DNA from: Squalus acanthias
Lineage: Eukaryota
DNA length: 62,000 nt
Reading direction: 5' to 3'
Assembly: GCA_030390025.1 (NCBI GenBank)
Contig: JASTWF010000365.1
Coordinates: 372,001-434,000 of the forward strand
Made by a program: the position numbers and the translations under genes. Shown one piece after another: positions 24,170 to 37,956 of the stretch; the stretch's first letter is position 1, and each line of letters begins with the position of its first letter. The notes below the pieces were generated by a model. The model was not told the DNA's origin. It did not search any database and saw nothing but the letters and a program-made list of their open reading frames with translations.

Positions 24170-25290
24170 ATCGAACAACATCTTCCATTAGTACAGCGCC
24201 TTTAACGTAGTAAAATGTCCCAAGACACTTCACAGGAGCAATTATCAAACAAAATTTGACACCGAGCCACATAATGGTTAGGCCACAACTGGAGTATTGC
24301 GTCCAGTTCTGGTCACCACACTTTAGGAAGGATGTGAAGGCCTTTGAGAGGGTGCAGAGGAGATTTACCAGAATGGTTCCGGGGATGGGGGATCTTCGCT
24401 ACAAGGACAGGCCGGAGAAGCTGGATTTGTTTTCATTAGAGCAAAGGAGGTTGAGGGGTGATTTGATAGAGGTGTACAAGATTATGACGGGTTTGGGATA
24501 GGCTAGACGGGAAAAGGCTGTTCCCACTAGTTGATGGTACAAGGACTAGGGGACACAGGTTTAAAGGTTTTGTGCAAGAGATACAGGGGGGGCGTGAGAA
24601 AAAACTTTTTTACGCAGTGAGTGATGAGGACCTGGAACTCGCTGCCGATGGAAGTGGTGGAAGCGGAGACACTCAATGTTTTCAAGGGGAGACTGGATAG
24701 GCACTTGAGGGAAATAAACTTGCAGGGCTACGGGGATAGAGCGGGGGAATGGGACTGACTGGATTGCTCTGCAGAGAGCCGGCACGGACTCGATGGGCGA
24801 ATGGCCTCCTTCTGTGCCGTTATGACTCTATAATGTGATATTGGGACAGGTGACCAAAAGCTTGGTTGAAGAGGTCAGAGGTCAGTTTTAAGGAGCGTCT
24901 TAAAAGGAGAGAGAGGCGGAGAGGTTTAGGGAGGGAATTCCAGAGCTCGGGGCCCAGGCGGCTGAAGGCACGGCCGCCAATGGTGGCGCGATGGAAATCG
25001 GGGGATGCGCAAGACTTTGGAATTGGAGGAGCACAGAGATCTCGGAGGGTTGTAGGGGCTAGAGGAGATTACAGAGATCGGGAGGTGTGAGGAGGCTATG
25101 GAGGGATTTGAACACGAGGAGGAGAATTTTGAAATCGAGGCGTTGCCGGACCGGGAGCCAATGTAGGTCAGCGAGTGATGGGTGAACGGGACTCGGTGCG
25201 AGTTCGGACACGGGGCAGCAGAGTTCTGGATGAGCTTAAGTTTACAGAAGGTGAGAGCTGGGAGGCTGGCCAGGAGAGATTTGGAATAGT
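24170..25290 (-). mobile_element. L2-clade LINE 3' fragment interrupted by a CR1 insertion
   Basis: ORF 24926-25336 contains RLDYSKSLLASLP...LKLIQNSAA. The tail resumes on both sides of the insert. Confidence 0.85.
24277..24829 (+). mobile_element. CR1 LINE 3' fragment with 6-bp target-site duplication (ataatg)
   Basis: VRPQLEYCVQFWSPHFRKDV... ; ataatg at 24271-24276 and 24830-24835. Same subfamily as 7641-8210. Confidence 0.9.
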
Positions 25291-25618
25291 CAAGTCTTTT
25301 CTCTACTTTTTGGGGCGGGGCGGGTGGACAGAACATTCCAGATTTCCACCACTGTGTGTGGAAAAAGTGCTTCTCGATTTTGCTGCCTTAGCACTAATGG
25401 TGGATTCTGGACTCTGCCCAGCACCAGAGGAAATAGTTTCTCTATCTACCCGATCAAGTGTAAACACCTTGATCAGGTCCCTAGTCAAACTTCTAAACTC
25501 GATGGAATACAAGCCTAATCTATGCAACCGGTCCATAAAATGTAACCCTTTAATAAGCTCCGGGTATCACTCGGGTGAATCTGCGCTGCACCCCCTCCAA
25601 TGTCAATATATCCTCCGA

Positions 25619-26335
25619 GTCAGCTGTGGCTCAGTGGGTAGCACACTCGCCTCTGAGTCAGAAGGTTGTGGGTTCAAGTCCCACTCCAGGGACTTGAGCA
25701 CAGAAATCTAGGCTGACACTCCAGTGCAGTGCTGAGGGAGCGCCGCACTGTCGGAGGGGCGGTGCTGAGGGAGCGCCGCACTGTCGGAGGGACGGTGCTG
25801 AGGGAGCGCCGCACTGTCGGAGGGGCGGTACTGAGGGAGCGCCGCACTGTCGGAGGGACGGTGCTGAGGGAGCGCCGCACTGTCGGAGGGACGGTGCTGA
25901 GGGAGCGCCGCACTGTCGGAGGGGCGGTACTGAGGGAGCGCCGCACTGTCGGAGGGACGGTGCTGAGGGAGCACCGCACTGTCGGAGGGATGGTGCTGAG
26001 GGAGCGCCGCACTGTCGGAGGGGCAGTCTTTCGGATGAGACGTTAAACCGAGGCCCTGTCTGCTCTCAGGTGGACGTAAAAGATCCCATGGCTACTATTT
26101 CGAAGAAGAGCAGGGGGAGTTCTCCCCGGTGTCCTGGGGCCAATATTTATCCCTCAACCAACATAACAAAAACAGATGATCTGGTCATTATCACATTGCT
26201 GTTTGTGGGAGCTTGCTGTGCGCAAATTGGCTGCCGCGTTTCCCACATTACAACAGTGACTACACTTCAAAAAGTACTTCATTGGCTGTAAAGCGCTTTG
26301 AGATGTCCGGTGTTTCGTGAAAGGCAAGTCTTTTT
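25619..26335 (+). mobile_element. Deu-domain tRNA-SINE with 9 copies of the 33-bp unit, inserted in a decayed minus-strand CR1
   Basis: Intact A box (tggctcagtgg) and B box (ggttcaagtcc). Host CR1 at about 25310-25618 and 26338-26520. Confidence 0.88.
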
Positions 26336-26928
26336 TTGAGGTGTGGTGCCCAGAACTGATTCCAGATGGGTGTCTAACCAGAGCGCTGTACAGCTGTAAC
26401 ACAACTTCCACCCCTCTGTATTCCAGCCCTCGAGATTAAAAGGCCTACACTCCATTAGCCTTTTTGATTACTTTTTGTACTTGTCCGTTAGCTTTTAGTG
26501 ATGAGCGTCCCAAATCTCTGTTCCTCGTTACTCGCTAAGAATAAATTGTACCAATAAAAATAGAAGACAACCCATTGTGTCTAAAACCCTTGATGTTCCC
26601 CCCCTCCCTCCCCCCCAGTATACAAACCCAAACAAACAGAGGGGAGGTGGGAGGATTGAGTGACGCTACGATGAATTGTCTTTATCCAATCCTACTGTGG
26701 ATTGCAATGTATCAGACCCAAAAAGTTATTTACTGTCAACTGCGCGGATTTATCCAAGGTGACAACGGAAATATTGTAGCAAAGATTTCTGTTACAATTC
26801 ATTCGCGTGACGTGATGTGGCCGTCACAGGCATTTATTGCCCGAGCTGTCCTGATAAATCAATGCTAGGTTTACTTGTAACAATTTGATACAGTGGAGTG
26901 GTTTGCTAGACTATTTCAGACTTAAGTG

Positions 26929-27493
26929 TTACCACAGTGTTATACAGTGACAGACCTGTACCCACCAGTACTGTACCCCAGTGTTATACAATGACAGACC
27001 TGTAGCCACCAGTACTGTACCCGTGTTAGTGACAGACCTGTACCCACCAGTAATGTACCCCAGTGCTATACAGTGACAGACCTGTGCCCACCAGTACTGT
27101 ACCCCAGTGTTATAGTGACAGACCTGTACCCACCAGTACTGTACCCCAGTATTAGTGACAGACCTGTACCCACCAGTACTGTACCCCAGTATTAGTGACA
27201 GACCTGTACCCACCAGTACTGTACCCCAGTGTTATACAGTGACAGACCTGCACCCACCAGTACTGTTCCCCAGTGTTACAGTGACAGACCTGTACCCACC
27301 AGGACTGTACCCGTGTTATACAGTGACAGACCTGTACCCACCAGTACTGTACCCCAGTGTTATACACTGACAGACCTGTACCCACCAGTACTGTACCCCA
27401 GTGTTATACACTGACAGACCTGTACCCACCAGTACTGTACCCGTGTTATACAGTGACAGACCTGTACCCACCAGTACTGTACCCGTGTTATAC
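26929..27493. repeat. 40-44-bp minisatellite (cagtgttatacagtgacagacctgtacccaccagtactgtaccc), about 13 units
   Basis: Direct tandem units; period 44 between 26935 and 26979. Confidence 0.95.
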
Positions 27494-27689
27494 AACTCAA
27501 AATACTCTGTTCAGACACAACCCGAGAATTGAACGTACATAATCTAGAATGAAATTTCTTGGTATCACCCAGTTACAATGTACTTCACTAAAATCCACAC
27601 ATACCATTAGGCCAGGAACCTTTCATATATTAAGTCTTAAGCCTGCATACACCATCTCTGGTGGGAGGGTGCAATTACAAAATAACATC

Positions 27690-28130
27690 AGAACATAAGA
27701 AATAGGAGCAGGAGTCGGCCACACAACCCCTCGAGCCTGCTCCACCATTCAATGAGATCATGGCTGATCTTCAACCACAACTCCACTTTCCTGCCCGATC
27801 CCCCTATCCCTTGTTTCCCCTAGTATCCAAAAATCTATCGATCTCAGCCTTGAATATACTCAACGACTGAGCCTCCACAGCCCTCTGGGGTAGAGAATTC
27901 CAAAGATTCACCACCCTCTGAGTGAAGAAATTTCTCCTGATCTCAGTCCTAAATGGCCGACCCCTTATTCTGAGAATGTGACCCCTGGTTCTAGACTCCC
28001 CAGCCAGGGGAAATATCCTCCCTGCATCTACCCTGTCAAGAACTTTATATGTTCCAATGAGATTACTTCTCACTCTTCTAAACTCTAAGGAATATAGGCT
28101 TAGTCTCCAACCTCTCCTCAGAGGGCAATC
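27690..28130 (-). mobile_element. CR1 LINE 3' fragment
   Basis: RTRGHILRIRGRPFRTEIRRNFFTQRVVNLWNSLPQ plus the ttcttatgttct tail. Confidence 0.9.
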
Positions 28131-29000
28131 CCACCACCAAGAATCAGTGGCAATTTTACATCGGCAATCCCCATTATAAATGTTATAAAAAGTGAAACAT
28201 AAAGCATTAAACCTACGACTTTAAAATGGGGGCTGAAATACTCCTTTCCCACTCCCGATTATTCCCGGCCTCGAATCATCCCTTTCACCTGAAGCCTGCA
28301 CTTGGTTGCCACGGGAGACCGACTGGTACAAAATTAAATTAGCACAGCCCTGTCACTATTGACGCGCTGTGGATTAACATTTGGTGCCTTTAATTTAGGC
28401 CACTGATATCGATTGACAATGCAACATGCAAGAGGGATTAAGAAGAAAAAAAAAATCATAGGCCTTGGGAGGTAAATTAGCAATCTGCCCGAACCCGATT
28501 GCAGGACTGGGCCTGCACATGAAATTTAGGCTGGTGGCAAAAGTGAGGCCTAGGCCGCATTTTCCCTTTCGAATATCACAGCTGCAGATTATTTATAAAA
28601 CAGGCAGATATCTTTGCAAGTCATGTATATCCACAAGCTACTCATTCTGGTCGTCTTAGTCTCTTGAATTCAGGAGAACCCCCTGGGATTTCCCCACCCT
28701 GGGTTTTTTCCTTCGAGGTATTTTAACCATAATTTCCCCAAGGTAATTCAGGGACTTCCCTACTCATTGACAAAGATCAACACTTGAATTAAAAGTTCAT
28801 TTGGAAATTCTCCTCAAAAACCTCAATGTTTCCCTCAAAAAAACCTACTTCCCATTATAGTTATTCAGCGATTAATTGAAGTTATTTAGTGGCTTTTTCT
28901 ACTTCATTATCGCCCTGCCCCTGCAGGAGTTCATAGTTCCAGGAGTCAGTGATGCAGGCAGGCTTATGGCCAAGAGTTTGGACACTGAATCGGGTAATAT

Positions 29001-29520
29001 GAGTGTGATGGAATACTCTCCACTTGCCTGGATGAGTGCAGCTCCAACAACACTCAAGAAGCTCGACACCATCCAGGACAAAGCAGCCCGCTTGATTGGC
29101 CCCCCATCCACCACCTTAAACATTCACTCCCTCCACCACCGGCGTACCGTGGCTGCAGTGTGTACCATCTACAAGATGCATTGCAGCAACTCGCCAAGGC
29201 TTCTTCGGCAGCACCTCCCAAACCCACGACCTCTTCCATCTAGAAGGACAAGGGCAGCAGGCGCATGGGAACACCACCACCTCCAAGTTCCCCTCCAAGT
29301 CACACACCATCCTGACTTGGAAGTATATCGGCTGTTCCTTCATCGTCACTGGGTCAAAATCCTGGAACGCCCTCCCTAACAGCACTGTGGGAGCACCTTC
29401 ACCACACGGACTGCAGCGGTTCAAGAAGGCGGCTCACCACCACCTACTCAAGGGCAATGAGGGATGGGCAATAAATGCCGGCCTTGCCAGCGACGCCCAC
29501 ATCCCATGAAAGAATTTTTA
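29001..29520 (+). mobile_element. CR1-group LINE (second family) 3' fragment
   Basis: SVMEYSPLAWMSAAPTTLKKLDTIQDKAARLI. Confidence 0.85.
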
Positions 29521-29717
29521 AAAATAGGGAGTCCCAGTGGCTCAATGTGTACCTGCGCCACCCAGAACAGAGACAAGACTGGCTCCCTAATCAGCATCGA
29601 GTTAGATAATCTTAGCATCAGTACCAGGGCCAGAGGGAAAGCCAAGGTTCCTGCTCCTTCTGGAACCCTGTTGGCAAGTAGGGGGATCAGGATGGACTGG
29701 GATGCCTCAACAGTCGA

Positions 29718-30170
29718 ATAGCACAGAAGGAGGCCATTGGGCCATCGTACCTGTGCTATCTCTTTGAAAGAACTCTCCAATCTGTCCCACTCCCCCCTGC
29801 TCTTTCCCCACAGCCCTGCAAATGTTTCCTTTTCAAGTATTTGTCCAATTCCCTTTTGAAAGTTACTATTGAATCTGCTTCCACCGCCCTTTCAGGCAGC
29901 GCGTTCCAGATCACAACAACTCGCCCCTTAAAAAAAAACACATCTCCCCTCTGGTTCTTTTGCCAAATATCTTAATTCTGTGTCCTCTGATCACCGACTC
30001 TCCTGACACTGGGAACAGTTTCTCCTTATTTACTCTATCAAAACCTCTCATAATTTTGAACGCCTCTAATAAATCTCCCCTTAACCTTCTCTGCTCCAAG
30101 GAGAACAATCTCTAGCCTCGCCACATAACTGAAGTCCCTCATGGTCCACCTCCTCTGCACCCTCTCCAAC
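29718..30170 (-). mobile_element. CR1 LINE 3' fragment
   Basis: FSLEQRRLRGDLLEAFKIMRGFDRV and RVVVIWNALPERAVEA. Confidence 0.88.
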
Positions 30171-30804
30171 ACTCTGCTGATGCTGAAAAAAACACACTTG
30201 TATTAAACCAAGAAAAGAGCGAAGAGAATTTGATTTATCAGTCAAAGCGTTCAAAGGAAGATGCTATTGAGCTATTGTTAGGTCCGTGGCAAATGCTCGA
30301 GTAATTTCATCTTCTCACCTTAAATGTTGTTGGGGCTACTGGAGTCAAGAGAAGTTCATTATACACAAAAGGTTTATTCATCGTAAAGAGACAATGGCAT
30401 ACAATGCCTTGCTAAGAAATGCTGCCCCACAAGAATGATGGGAGGTGCCTGTACCCAAGACGCAAGGTCCTGATCTCACGCCATCCCATTGCGGGCGGTT
30501 GCCAAGCAGAAACCGTGTGATGAAATCTTCCAGGAATAGATCCGACCAGACAGGCGAGAATGACTGGAGGTCTAACCATTTCCTGCTCCATCAAGGGAAT
30601 TCCCTCCTTGCTGGGCAAATGGAAATAAGATGATCGGACCATTCTCCTCACTGCCCCTGCCCTTGTAACACCAAATCTTTTCCAAGCGAGAAGGAGTTCA
30701 ATAGAACTGTCCAAGACCCGTAGGAACAGGAGGAGGCCATTCAGCCCCTCGAGCCAGTTCCGCCATTCAATCGATCATGGCTGATCTGTACCTCAACCCA
30801 ATCT

Positions 30805-31211
30805 TCTCTTACCTTAGGCAGTCCCTCGGAACCGAGGATGAATTGCTTCCACACTAAAAATGAGTTCTCAGGTGACTGATGAGTCCAATGCGGGACCTAC
30901 AGTCTCTGTCACAGGTGGGACAGACGGTGGTTGAAGGGGTGGGTGGGTGGGGTGCTTGGGTTGACGTACGCTCCTTGCGCTGCCTGCGCTTGGCTTCCGC
31001 TTGCTCCCAGCGAAGAGACTCCAGGTGTTCGGCGCCTTCCCGGATGCTTCTCCTCCACTTTGTGCGGTCTTGGGCCAGGGATTCCCAGGTGTCGGTGGGG
31101 GATGTTGCACTTTTTCCAAGGAGGCTTTGAGGGGGTCCTTGAAGCGTTTCCTCTGCCCACCTGGGGCTCTCTTCCCGTGTCGGAGCTCCGAGTAGAGCGC
31201 TCGTTTTGGGA
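30805..31211 (-). mobile_element. RTE-clade LINE 3' fragment
   Basis: ALYSELRHGKRAPGGQRKRFKD...DRTKWRRSI...CPTCDRDCRSRIGLISHLRTH, a C-terminal C2H2 finger. Confidence 0.88.
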
Positions 31212-31735
31212 TAGCAACACAGAAGGAGGCCATTCAGCCTCTCGAACCTGTTTCCCCAATCAATCAGATCGTGGCTGATCTGCATCTTAACCCCATCAAC
31301 CCGCCTTGGTTCCGTAACCCTCAAGACCCTTACCCAACAAAAGTCTGCCAATATCAGTTTTGAAATTTTCAATTGACCCCAAGCCTCAACAGCTTTTTGG
31401 GGGAGAGAGTTCCAGATTTCCACCGCCCTTTATGTGAAGAAGTGCTTCCTGACATCACCCCTGAACGGCCTGGCTCTAATTTTAAGGTTCTGCCCCCTTG
31501 TTCTGGACTCCCCCCACCATAGGAAATAGTTTCTCTCTCTCTACCCTATTGAATCCTTTAATCACCTCAAACACCTCGATTAGATCACCCCTTAATCTTC
31601 TAAACTCGAGGGAATACCAGCCTAGTCTGTGCAACCTGTCCTCGTGATTTAACCCTTTCAGCCCCGGATATCATTCTGCTGAATCTGCACTGCTCCCCCT
31701 CCAAGGTCAAGATATCGGTTCTGAGGTGCGGATCC
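31212..31735 (-). mobile_element. CR1 LINE 3' fragment
   Basis: Same subfamily as 21105-21672 in reverse orientation. Confidence 0.85.
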
Positions 31736-31915
31736 CAGTCTCCAGGGCAAAGGGGGAAGCCGAACAGACCTGTACAAAAGTCAGACAAAATATAGAGGCT
31801 TCTTTTTTGCTCATTTATTTAAAAAAAAATTTATACAACTGCACAGAAACATACAGACAGTGACATTTAAATGTGTACCACACAGATTGAAAAAAACATC
31901 TCCCTTTGCAAGCCC

Positions 31916-32084
31916 TAGGGTTGGCAACTCTCGGAACACCCCCGGGGGTTTCTAAAGAATTTAAGGATTAAGCTCTTGTTTTGGAATGCCCCGGGGGGGC
32001 TATTTGACCGAGTGGGGCGGTTGAAGGCTGAAGCTCACGTGACCGAAACTCCAGGAATCCATCCAACCGGAGTTGGCACCTCGA
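31916..32084. mobile_element. Short hAT-like MITE
   Basis: Ends tagggttggcaac and gttggcacctcga. Flanks gcaagccc and gttagccc form a degenerate 8-bp duplication. Confidence 0.6.
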
Positions 32085-32469
32085 GTTAGCCCATATATTG
32101 ACGTACAAATGGATTTACCGTCCGCATGTTCAGAATCCCTTCGTGCGAGGGAGTGGCAAGTATGGTCCCATATTGGCACATCTCCCAGCTCCTCCTCACA
32201 CTCTACTGGGGCCCGTTGGTGAACAAGTGTTACTCAAAGTGGCGTTAACTTTATTTTAAAGCGATGCCTGCTCGGAGGAATTATGGGATGTTGACCCGAG
32301 CCTGCGATGTTTCAAATCTCAGCACCATGGCCAATAGGAGTCAAGCCATTTCCCCCCACAGGGAAGAGAGAAGACACAATAGGCCCCGGTAGTTCCAGTT
32401 TAACAGGCCCCCCCCCCCACCCCACCCCACTTTCACTCGCTGGACGGAAGGCTTTGCTTAACACGACTT

Positions 32470-32585
32470 TGGGGTTACCAATGCTCCAGGACCGGCCCTG
32501 GATTCGCCGGGAATTGCAAATTAATCTCCAACCCTGGAGAACAATCAATGATGGTCATATTGGACGACCAATGGCAGGAGCCGTT

Positions 32586-32616
<31 letters not shown>

Positions 32617-32699
32617 AGGGGGGGGTGCGGGGCAGTTGGAGGCAGGAGATCATGTGGTGGAACCGCCAGGAATCCGTCCAACCACAGTTGGCAGCCTTG
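32470..32699. mobile_element. hAT-like MITE, same family
   Basis: Ends tggggttaccaa and gttggcagccttg. Interior ggaggcaggagatcatgtg...ccaggaat matches the other copies. Confidence 0.55.
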
Positions 32700-32816
32700 C
32701 CCCGCCTCCCAGACGCACTCCTTCAGGAGGCGAATGCTCGCTTGCAGAGCGAGAGAAAAATACAGCCTCAGCTACAAAGTCGAAGGCCCGAGCTGACGCA
32801 AAAGGAGAGGGACAAA

Positions 32817-33625
32817 GAACTCGCATTTCTACAGCGCCTTTCACGACCTCAGGACGTCCCGAAGCGCTACACAGCCAATTAAGTATTTGTTGAAGTGCAG
32901 TCACTGTTGTAATGTACGAAATGCCAATTTTGCACACAGCAACCTCCCACAGACAGCAACGTGATAATGACCAGATCATCTGTATTTAGTGATGTTGGTC
33001 GAGGGATAAATATTGGCCCCAGGACACCGGGTTGAACTTCCCTGCTCTTCTTCCAAATAGCGGCCGTGGGATCTTTTATGTCCACCCGAGAGGGAAGACG
33101 GAGTCTCGGTTTAACGTCTCATCCAAAAGACGGCACCTCCAACAGTGCGGCGCTCTCTCAGTACTGCCCCTCCGACAGTGCGGCGCTCCCTCAGTACCGC
33201 CCCTCCAACAGTGCGGCGTTCCCTCAGTACCGCCCCTCCGACAGTGCGGCGCTCCCTCAGTACCGCCCCTCCGACAATGCGGCGCTCCCTCAGTACCGCC
33301 CCTCCGACAATGCGGCGCTCCCTCAGTACCGCCCCTCCGACAGTGCGGCGCTCCCTCAGTACTGCCCCTCCGACAGTGCAGCGCTCCCTCTGTACTGCCC
33401 CTCCGACAGTGCGGCGCTCCCTCTGTACTGCCCCTCCGACAGTGCGGCGCTCTCAGTACCGCCCCTCCGACAGTGCGGCGCTCCCTCAGTACTGCCCCTC
33501 CGACAGTGCGGCGCTCCCTCAGTTCTGGCACTGGGAGTGTCGGCCTGGATTGTGCGGCTCAAGTCTCTGGAGTGGGACCCGGGACCTTCAGACTCAAAGG
33601 CGAGAGCGCGACCCACGGCTGACCC
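32817..33625 (-). mobile_element. Deu-domain tRNA-SINE with about 12 copies of the 33-bp unit
   Basis: Reverse complement of the SINE head, core and tail. Array about 33135-33522. Confidence 0.85.
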
Positions 33626-34541
33626 CTGACTTGCAGTGTTAAGTACCACCACTGGCCTAATGGAATGACCATTAGGGGGGGAAAAAATGGACGTTTCTCA
33701 CAAGCCTGGTTTTATGTACAAACAGATCCTGGTAGCTGGGCTCATCTAGTTAAAGCCAAAGGGGTCACTCCTTACGCAGTCTCTTCTCCAGAAAAAAAAA
33801 ACACAAGCTCTTCGAACACAGGCGTCAACGAAAAAGAGAGATAACTGCCACACACGACCGCTCAACCTCCCCCAGCGTACGAAAATAAAAAGCTCGCCAT
33901 CAGGGCTTGTGTCAAGCACGTGTCCCACAGTTTCCACTGGCAGGAGGGGGTAACCAGAGGGCACAGAATTAAGGAGATTGGCAAAAGAACCAGAGGGGGG
34001 GGGAAAGAGGAGGAGAAATCTTGACGGCATGGCGAGTTATGATCTGGAATGCGTTGCCCGAAAACAGGGTGGGGGACAACGTTGTTGCCAAAGTTGCTCG
34101 GCCGCGCGGCGGTCTGGAGGTCCTGCGCAGGCCGCTCACCACCTTTTACACGGGAGAAACCGCACGTGCGCGAAAATTCAAATGGGTCAGTTAAAGTGAC
34201 TCGCTGTGGGGCAAAGAGCAGGGGGGGTGGGGGTAAGAGCGGGGATAATTGGAGAGCTCTTTCAAAGAGCCAGCACAGGCACGATGGGCCGAATCGTCTC
34301 CTTCTGCGCTGTGCGATTTCATAAAAGGATTGCGTTTCTGACTCTCCTCCAGAACAGCCGAAGGAGAGCAGTCAGATCAAATCATTTTAAATGCGGCTCA
34401 CTGCCTTCAAAAACCACCTGCAAGCCTATTTTAACTAAAGTAACCAATGTCGGATTATGTTACACAGCTGCATTGCTCACACAGGCCCGGTTACCAGGGA
34501 AACGCACTATGTTTAGAACAAGGCTGTCGGAAGTCTAAAAA

Positions 34542-35575
34542 GAACTCGCATTTCTCCAGCGCCTTTCACCACCTCAGGACATCCCAATGCGCTTTACAGC
34601 CAATGAAGTACTTTTTTTTGGAGTGTAGTCACTGTTGTAATGCAGGAAACGCGCACAGCAAGCTCCCACAAACAGCAACGTGATAATGACCAGATAATGT
34701 TTAGTGATGTTGGTTGAGGGATAAATATTGCTCAGGACTCCCCTGCTCTTCTTCAAAATAGTGGCCGTGGGTCCACCTGAGGGGGCAGACGGGGGCCTCG
34801 GTTTAACGTCTCATCGAAACGACTGCCCCTCCGACAGTGCGACGCTCCCTCAGTACTGCCCCTCCGACAGTGCGGCGCTCCCTCAGTACTGCCCCTCCGA
34901 CAGCGCGGCGCTCCCTCAGTACTGCCCCTCCGACAGTGCGGAGCTCCCTCAGTACTGCCCCTCCGACAGCGCGGCGCTCCCTCAGTACTGCCCCTCCGAC
35001 AGTGCGGAGCTCCCTCAGTACTGCCCCCCCTCAGTACTGCCCCTCCGACAGTGCGACGCTCCCTCAGTACTGCCCCTCCGACAGTGCGGCGCTCCCTCAG
35101 TACCGCCCCTCCGACAGTGCGGCGCTCCCTCAGTACCGCCCCTCCGACAGTGCGGCGCTCCCTCAGTACTGCCCCTCCGACAGTGCGGCGCTCCCTCAGT
35201 ACTGCACCTCCGACTGTGCGGCGCTCCCTCAGTACCGCCCCTCCGACAGTGCGGCGCTCCCTCAGTACTGCCCCTCCGACAGTGCGGCGCTCCCTCAGTA
35301 CTGCCCCTCCGACAGTGCGACGCTCCCTCAGTACAGCCCCTCCGACAGTGCGGCGCTCCCTCAGTACTGCCCCTCCGACAGTGCGGCGCTCCCTCAGTAC
35401 TGCCCCTCCGACAGCGCGGCACTCCCTCAGTACTGCCCCTCCGACAGTGCGGCACTCCCTCAGTACTGCCCCTCCGACAGTGCGGCGCTCCCTCAGTACT
35501 GGCACTGGGAGTGTTGGCCTGGATTATGGGCTCAAGTCTCTGGAGGGGGACTTGAGACCACAACCTTCTGACTCG
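34542..35575 (-). mobile_element. Deu-domain tRNA-SINE with about 20 copies of the 33-bp unit
   Basis: As above; array about 34825-35500. Confidence 0.85.
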
Positions 35576-36799
35576 AGAGAGTGTTGCGCACTGTGCGGTT
35601 CAGATGTTCAGAAATTGTTTTGTTAGGCAACAGTATCGAGGGATATGGAGCAAAAGGCCCTACACTTCACAAGTACTTTGGGATGTCTGGAGGTCACGAA
35701 AGTCGCTATATAAATGAAAGTCCTCCTTTCTAACAAAGGCAGGTAGACGGAGTTTAAGATACAGATCAGCCATGATCTAACTGAATGGCGGAACAGGCTC
35801 GAGGGGCTGAATGGCCTCCTCCTGTTAATATTGCCTTGATACGCTATTCCAGTGGCCTGACCAACATTTAAAACCGGCACAGTTCCAATCAATCATTTGT
35901 AGCGTTGCTGTTTGTGGGAGCTTGCTGTGCGCAAATTGGCTGCCGCGTTTCCTACATTACAACGGCGACCGCACTCCAAAGATACTCCATCGGCTGTAAA
36001 GCGCTTTGGGACGTTCAGAGGTCGTGAAAGGCGCTATATAAATGCAAATTCTCTTTCAGTGAGAAACACACACTCGCGATTGATGCAAGATCGACTACGG
36101 ACAAGAGTGGGCCCGTCTCTCCCCGTCCCCAGTCTCCCCACCCCCACAGACCAGTTTCTGGAGCTCACAGCGTGGCGGGCAGCGTAGCCGCCATTGCTGA
36201 CCGACTGACGCAAGGATCAACGCGCATCGGACAACCAACGGCGAAGAGCGTTGGGGCTGGAGGTCACATGACGAAACCTCCTGTAAGCTGCGCTTTTGGC
36301 GTTTCTTTCAGTGAGTGGTCCCTTTAAATTTCCGCGCAGGCACGGTATTCACTACGGGGACCCTTCCCACTACGGCGCGGCAACAACCGACCTGGACCCA
36401 CTTTGGGAAGGCGCAGAGGAGGAAAGAAAGGGAGACTATTCCCTGTCAGGACAAAAATCGGTTCAATAAAACAAAGAATCCCGGTCAGCATTAGTTAGCA
36501 ACTTTGACAAAGAAAAAAAAAAATAGCCTTTATCCTGGATTTTGTGTCAGTAGTGAAGGTGAGGCTAACGGCGCTCACTGTGAAAAGGGAGTAAATTGGA
36601 TAGCAGCTACTGAAGTACACACATACGCAGTTAAACCCGGAAATCGCGGTCAGAGACACCCCGCTCCTCCACAGGGTGCGCTGTTACAATCCTCACCGAT
36701 AGACTCGGAACTGAAATCACTAATGGCGGGAACTTGCCCACTAGTTCTCCACTAAAAGTCATTAAAAAAGTTAGGGCTCATGCATTCAGTAAGTAACTT

Positions 36800-37210
36800 A
36801 ACTTAACTGGACCAGCCACATAAATACTGTGGCCACTAGAGCAGGTCAGAGGCTGGGTATTCTGCGGCGAGTGTCTCACCTCCTGACTCCCCAAAGCCTT
36901 TCCACCATCTACAAGGCACAAGTCAGGAGTGTGATGGAATACTCTCCACTTGCCTGGATGAGTGCAGCTCCAACAACACTCAAGAAGCTCGACACCATCC
37001 AGGACAAAGCAGCCCGCTTGATTGGCACCCCATCCACCACCTTAAACATTCACTCCCTCCACCACCGGCGCACCGTGGCTGCAGTGTGTACCATCTACAA
37101 GATACACTGCAGCAACTCGCCAAGGCTTCTTCGACAGCACCTCCCAAACCCGCGATCTCTTCCACCTAGAAGGACAAGGGCAGCAGGCGCCTGGGAACAC
37201 CACCACCTCC
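36800..37210 (+). mobile_element. CR1-group LINE (second family) fragment, 3'-truncated
   Basis: ORF 36829-37287 begins ATRAGQRLGILRRVSHLLTPQSLSTIYKAQVRS. Confidence 0.85.
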
Positions 37211-37956
37211 GAGAGACAGAGAGACACCGAGAGAGAAACAGAGAGCACACGAATGAAAATTATATTTTAGACAACAGTTCGGGGTAAAGGTAGACGTGGC
37301 ACCTGGTGGACGACTGCAAACTGGAGGAAGGGAATTATTGATGCCTTAAGACAGGATATTTCGGGCCTCTATAGAGTGGAGAGTGAGCAATCTAGTAACG
37401 AGGGAGAATTAGTTTAATCCTGGCAATTACAGGTAAGTTAGTGTCCTCTCTCCCCACTCCTGCTCGGATGTTCCTGACTCCAGCATTTTTTAAATAGACA
37501 GGAGGCAATCCTTTTGCGACCAGCCCAGCTGGCCATTGCACGCAGTGATCATGGGGCTATTCGACTGCAGGGGCAGTACCACAACCCAAACTGGCGTCCA
37601 TACAGACATGGGAGAGGGCGGGGGCAGGGAAGATTCCTTCCAAGTGCCACTTCTAGGCGATTACTGCTTCTCTCTGAACAAAACTTCCTCCGTAGTTTCC
37701 AGCAGTAGGCACTGGATCGTGACCAGGAGCACAAAGCTTTGGCTAATTTACCGCTCGTCCCCGCTCCCTGCCCCAGTGCACCAAGTCTGGACTACTAGAC
37801 CCCCAGAGTCTCTCACTTCTCTTCCTCCACACAACCCCCCCCCTCCCCCCGCCAAGTCTCTGTCTCTCACTCTCTTCCCCCCTGCCAGTCCCTCTCCACC
37901 CCTCCCTCGTCTCTCGCTCTCCCCCGCCAGTCTCTCTCTCTCTCTCTCTCTCTCTC

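Noticed and set aside
25619..25690. tRNA gene-like A and B boxes (also at 5750, 12838, about 33600 and about 44560)
   Set aside because: These are SINE heads that continue into the SINE body, with no complete acceptor stem or terminator.
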